From IMG/VR virus record IMGVR_UViG_3300010885_064105, positions 62,001-122,362 of that record: a stretch of 60,362 nt of DNA; one strand, given 5' to 3'. Shown here piece after piece: positions 15,001-21,000 of this stretch. The notes beneath the pieces were generated by a model that was given only the letters and a program-made list of their open reading frames with translations, did no database searches and was not told the DNA's origin. How positions within the stretch are numbered: the first letter of the stretch is position 1; each line of letters begins with the position of its first letter. This stretch comes from an uncultured virus (IMG/VR IMGVR_UViG_3300010885_064105). Its lineage: Duplodnaviria > Heunggongvirae > Uroviricota > Caudoviricetes. Made by a program: the position numbers and the translations under genes.

Positions 15001-18000
15001 GTCTAGCTAATTTATTAACAATATCTTTTCTTGTACGAATTTCTTCTTCAACAGACTGGCTCATTTGTCTTTGCTGGGTTCTACTGGCAGTTGTATATGC
15101 AGTACTACTTCTTAACTGCTGTCTTAGTTGATCATCCATCTGTCTTAGTATACGAGGATCTCCCATACTTTGACGAACAAATCTTTGAGCATCATCTCCT
15201 GTTAAACCATTAGCTCTAAGATTAACTCCTGCTCTACTACTTGCTCTAGAATATGCTTGTCTATCAATAGCTCCAGCATTTTCCTGCAATCTGGTATTAA
15301 TATCTTCCTGACTCATACCTCTAGCTGCTAATCTATTTCTGGTATTTGTGCGTATTCTGTCTCTTTCTTCTTGAGCATTAGATTCTATGCTCTGTAATTG
15401 ATTTCCTGATAAGCCTCCTAAAGTACGTCTAGTTTGAATATCCTGCTGAGCTTGTCTACGAATATCTGCTAATTGATTTTCAGCCTGAGATATCTGTTCT
15501 GCACTAGCTCCGGCTAATCTGGCTCGTCGAATATCAGCTTCTGTTGCTCGTATAGCTTGTTGGTATGTTGCTTGTATGCCGCTCTGAATAATTCTAGCAG
15601 AATCACCTGATCTAACACCTAATTCTTGTAATACCGTAGCTAAATTTTCTAGTTGACCAGTAACATTATCTGTAACTCCAACTACTGATAATGCTCTAGC
15701 ATCGCTCATGCCGCTAATATTTGGTACTGCTCTAGGACTTCCTCCAAAAGCAAATCTTTGAACGGCTCCGCCCTTACTTAATCCTAAAGCTTTGGTAGCA
15801 GCTGCTCTTATAACAAATCCGCCCACAGGCAATCCTACAGGTCCTATGCTGTCGCTTGTTCCGCTACCGGGTCCCTTAAATAAACTAATTCCACCACCAG
15901 CAAATGACCTCATACCATTACGATCTGCTTGGTTCATTTCTCTTAATTTGTCATATCCTATATTTTTTGCTGTTTCTGGTGGTACAAAAGCTTCTCCATT
16001 GCTAACTAATGCTGGTACAGTATCCTGTGTGGATCCTCCTATTGCATATCCTCGCATTTTCTTGAACGCCTTTTGATCACTGCTAACCTCGTAATCTCTC
16101 AAAGTGCGTCCGTCTCTCCTTACCGCATCTGCCATTCTATTTTGAACATTTGATCGAGCAAGATCAACCCGATCCTGAACAACAGATGGTGGAGCTTTAT
16201 ATGGTTGTAGGGATGGAGGCATAGGTATTGAGCCTTCTCCATAACCACCAATTTGCCACTGTTCACCATAGCCACCAGGAGCAGGTATTTGCTTCATGAA
16301 CTGAGCTTCAGTAAAACCGGCTTTAATAATATCTTCTAGACTATACTTGAATCCTCCTCTTTGAATTAATTTAGGAGCAGGTACTAATCCAGCATCAGCA
16401 AATCTTCTAATGTTTCCACCATTTTTAAAACTTTTAACTTCAGCTTCTAGAAAATTTGGAGCACCCCAATCTGATCTCCATCCTAGTGGTCCAGTAGTAT
16501 CTAATACTCTATTGATTTTAAATCTAGAATTTCTTGGTAATAGATATTCTGCTTCCATATCATAAAGAGCACTCTTTCCTTTATTACCGGTTCTTTCTAA
16601 AACATTAGCACCCTTACCTGTTGGTCTTATGTGTAATACCCCTCCATTTGATCCAGCAAATCTTTTAGCACTATCATAGTTTATAGAAGTAGACAAAAAT
16701 GACGGAAAAGAAAAAGTCTTATTCATTAACTGAGATTTATAGTCTTTATTAGGATCTATATCTTGATCAATAATTTTTCTACGATTTTCTTTAAATCCAC
16801 TATAAAGTATTTTTGGCAAAGAATCAATCATTGAACTGTCAAGATCTTTTATCTGATTACTTTTAGTTTTGTCTGGTTTGTTTGAAATAACAGCAGAATG
16901 AAGATCTTTAGATCGCAATTGGTATTGTCTAAGACTATCTGTTGCTCCACCAGTTTCAAATTTTTGAATTATTCCACCGCTATTATAACCTCGAACTTTT
17001 AGATAATTAGTGATATTATCTTTTGCTGTTGATGGACCATTCAATGTTCTTTTGGCATCTGTTGGTATGTTTGGTTTTAGACCAAATAATGCTGCTCGTT
17101 TTCCTAATCCAAGCGGAAAGTCAATGCTCTTTCCTCCTGTTTCAGCAAATGCTGCCATTGCTCTTTTGTCTGAAAGAAGTCCTCTTAATGATTCTTGAAA
17201 TGCAAGACCAGCAGCAGTATCTTCACCCGGTTGATCTAACGGATTTCTGGCACTTTTATATCTAAATACTTTAATACCAGCTTCACCTTTAGCCTTTAGT
17301 GATTTAGATTTAAGTTCTGCTTCTTTTGTATTTTTTCCATTATCATCAACAAAAACTGATCCGGGAGGTAATTCCGCAGCTTTTAATTTTGCAATTGCAG
17401 ATTCGTTTAAATTATTACCACCAACCCCGGTAAATTGAGAACGAGGTATATTAAGATTTTGTCGTTTAAGGAAAGCTTGTAAAAGACCAACTGTGGAGGG
17501 TGGTCGCGCTGTTAGTACATTTACATATGGTGACAGCTGAGGCTTAACTAGCAATAAATCTCTTAATTTTTGACCAAGAGTGCTAAGTCTAGCTTTTTCT
17601 GATAATAATTGTCTACCTACCTGTCTCTTGTTGTTAAAAGACTGTAGATCAGGAAGATTATCAGCCCCAAATACTAATGTTTTGTCAAAGTCAGCATAAA
17701 GCGCTTTACCTAAACCTAGTTGACTAAGAATATCCGATACTAATAGTCTTTTAGCTCCTTTTTTAACAGATTTTCTAAAATCTTTACCATAAGCATCTAG
17801 ATCATCAATACCTATGCCAGCCTTATCCATTAATTTTTTACGAGGAACACCACCCATCACCTGAACAGTTGTGATGTTTTTAAGTTCTCCTTTATCTCCA
17901 ACAACCATATCAGTTGGCTTAAATGGAGAGCCGTACAAACCAGCAATACCAAATAGTAATCCTGCTGCTTGTTTCTGATTAGTAATTCCGAGACGTTGAT

Positions 18001-21000
18001 CTACTTCACCGTTTATTCTTCTGGTATAAGCTTTTAGAATCTCATCTTTTTTGCGTTGAATATCTGGTGTTGTATTTCGTTTACCAAGAATAGTCCTCAT
18101 CATTCCAACATCCATACCCTCTACTCTAACGGGGCCGGTCTGTCCAGTAGTAAGGCCTGTTATAATTTGAGAAGCTGTTAATTTAGCAGCATCGGACTCT
18201 GTTATTTTTTTAAACCGTTCTTTTTTTGTTCTTCTGACCATCTCTCCGGCCATGAATCGCTGAATAGATCCACCAGAAGCTAGTTGTTGAACATTAAGAC
18301 TAGCTTTTGATCTCATTAAAGAACTTCCGGGTCGAGCAGAACTTCGCTCTTCTTTTGCGCTTAAGATTTTGAATTTAGAGTTTGGTGGTAATATAAATTC
18401 TTTTTCTAAATCATAATCTGTACTAACTCGTTTATTAGTATTAATACCCTTTTTCTTGGGGTTGGTCAAAATACTCAAAAGTCCTTGACGAGCAAATTCC
18501 ATTGCTATAGAGCTATCTAAACTAGTAGATAAAAATCCAGGTAATGTAAATGATTTGCCAACCGATTTTGGTAGCTTATCGCCAACTTGATTTTTAATCA
18601 GATTGAGTCTATTTTCTCCAATACCAGAATATAATTGTTTTGGTAATTTATCTGTGGTTTGTTTTTTTAAATCTTTAACATTTTTTTGTTCTTCTTTAGT
18701 TAATGGAGTTCCAAGCATTAGACTTCTATTAAGTTTCATAGAAGTTGCTTTATATGTTGATATAGCGTCAGTACTTCCACCAATACCGAATTTTTGTATA
18801 GATCCACCATTATTACGTTCTAAACCAAGTTTATCAATTTTTAATAAACTCTTCTGAGCTCTTTCTTCTCTTCCTCTTTTTTGGCTTTCACTTGAGTTTG
18901 GAGTAAAGATTTTGTTTTTTAATCCAGGTCCCATTTCATATACAATTGTTGGACCCAATTGAATATTGTCGGGTTTCTGCTTCCTGGTTAAAGGAGATAT
19001 TTTTTCGTTATTACGACGCAATAAGTTATATCTTAATCGTTTGTTTAAAATAAATGCATCAGGAACTTGCTCGTAAGTAAATTTAGCTTCAACTGGAGGT
19101 AATCCGGGAGTCTTTGGTATAAAATCTAAAGGATAGTTGTTTTTGGGTGCTTTTTCATATTGTTTTCCCTCAAGAATATGTTGAAATAAAAACTCCTCAA
19201 AAGCTACGCCTTGAGCAGCATAGAACTCTCTACTCTTATCTTTGGCTGCTCTACTATTAATATAGCGTCTAAAATTCGCATTGTTTGCAACAGCTTCTTT
19301 TATTTCTGATTCCCCAATAACTCTTCTCTCTATATCGGAATTAACATTATCTTTGAGCTGAAAACCTCTAAGCATTTTCGGTGATTGTCTGTTTAATTTA
19401 TTTTTTCTTCCTGTTTTTTGTTTGCTGGTCTTGCTTGTTTCATTCTCGTAATAATCTATATAGTCTGAGATTCTATTTCCACTTTCTCCTGGAGACAGTG
19501 ATTTTAAAGCTGCAACCCCACCCTGATAATAATTTTTGGGGAATATAGATCCTCCACGACTCCTATTCAAAGAATGTAAATTACCAACTCCTATGCTTTG
19601 TGCTGCTGGCTTGCTCATCACAAACTCACCAGGAGTTAATTTTGCCGATACAGTATCACCATTTCCATATCCTGGTACTAATCCACCACTAGCAAAAGCA
19701 TATATACGACCACCTTCATTAGCTCTTCTGGCTCCTCCACCATTTCCTCTGATTCCTTGACTAAAACCACCTATATATTGAGTGGCCGCAGTGATTCCTT
19801 TAAATGCAGCAAACAGAGTTAATAATGGTAAAACTCCCTTAGTGGCATCAGCCACCTTTATTAAAGCGCTGGCTAAATCTAAACCAACTTTTACAATATT
19901 TTGAAAACTACTAGTATCTCCAATGCTACGAATAAGAGCAAGAAATTCTTCTCTCACTTTCTGAATCTGAATAGCTAAAGCTAATTGTCCTTTTGCCGCG
20001 TCGGTTGCTAATGATCCTTGGCCCTGTTGAGCAACCTTTAATGCGTCTTGAGCAGTTGCGAACTGTTGAATAAGTGGTAGCACCTTGCCGATCTGACGGA
20101 AGCCGCCCAATTCTTCAACTATCTGTGAGAATTTAAGATCTCGTGGATCTAATCTGCTTAGTCCTTCACTAAGTCTTTGAACCGCAATATAGGGACCTAC
20201 GAATTTACCTTCTAAATCAGTTAATGTAACTCCAAATTCTTGTAATGCTTCGATAGTTCCTGCTCTTTGAATTCTAGTAAAAATAGTTCTTAAACCAGTA
20301 GCAATAGTTTCTGCACTTTCACGAGTTGTAGCTCGGATACTGGTAAATACAGCAATAAATTCATTTAATGCTTCTGTGCCTGTGCTTACTCCTCTACTAG
20401 CAGCAGCAAACACACCACCAGTACGCTGAATAGCAGTAATAATATCACTAGCTTCAACAGCAAACTTAGCAGACACAGCATTAACACTACCTAGTGCCAT
20501 TTCTAATTGATTTGCTCCTATACCAAACTGTCTCATTAAAGCAATAGATCCTTCTACAGTTTGATTCATATCATCAAATGATGGAGCTAATGCACTAAGA
20601 GCCAAAGCTTTGAGCGCCGTAGCAGTATCTTTAGCCGTTAAACCAGCCTGTGCAAGAGTTACTGTGGTAGTTGTTAGCTCATTAGAAGAAACACCAAGTT
20701 TAGTAGATAAATCTGTAATAGTATTTGCCACATCAGCTAATTTATTTCTTGAATCACCAGTTACCTGAGATATGCGAGTCATTTGCAAATCAAAATCTAT
20801 AAAAGATTTAACACCCTGACTAACAGCATTTGTTAATCCATATATAACACTTGTAACAGTTGTAATAGCTGAAAATCTTCTAAATGCTAAGCCGGATTGA
20901 CGACCAAACTCTACCATTTCATTGGATGCTAGAGTAATGCTATTTCTAGTATTATTCGCAGCCCTGCTAACATTTCCAACATTTATAGCAGTATTATTAA

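Noticed and set aside
682..19760. Short track ORFs inside 1-21514 (e.g. 1155..1514 +, 4584..4925 +, 682..897 -, 3712..3978 -)
   Set aside because: Antisense or off-frame shadows of the giant ORF, with no recognisable motifs
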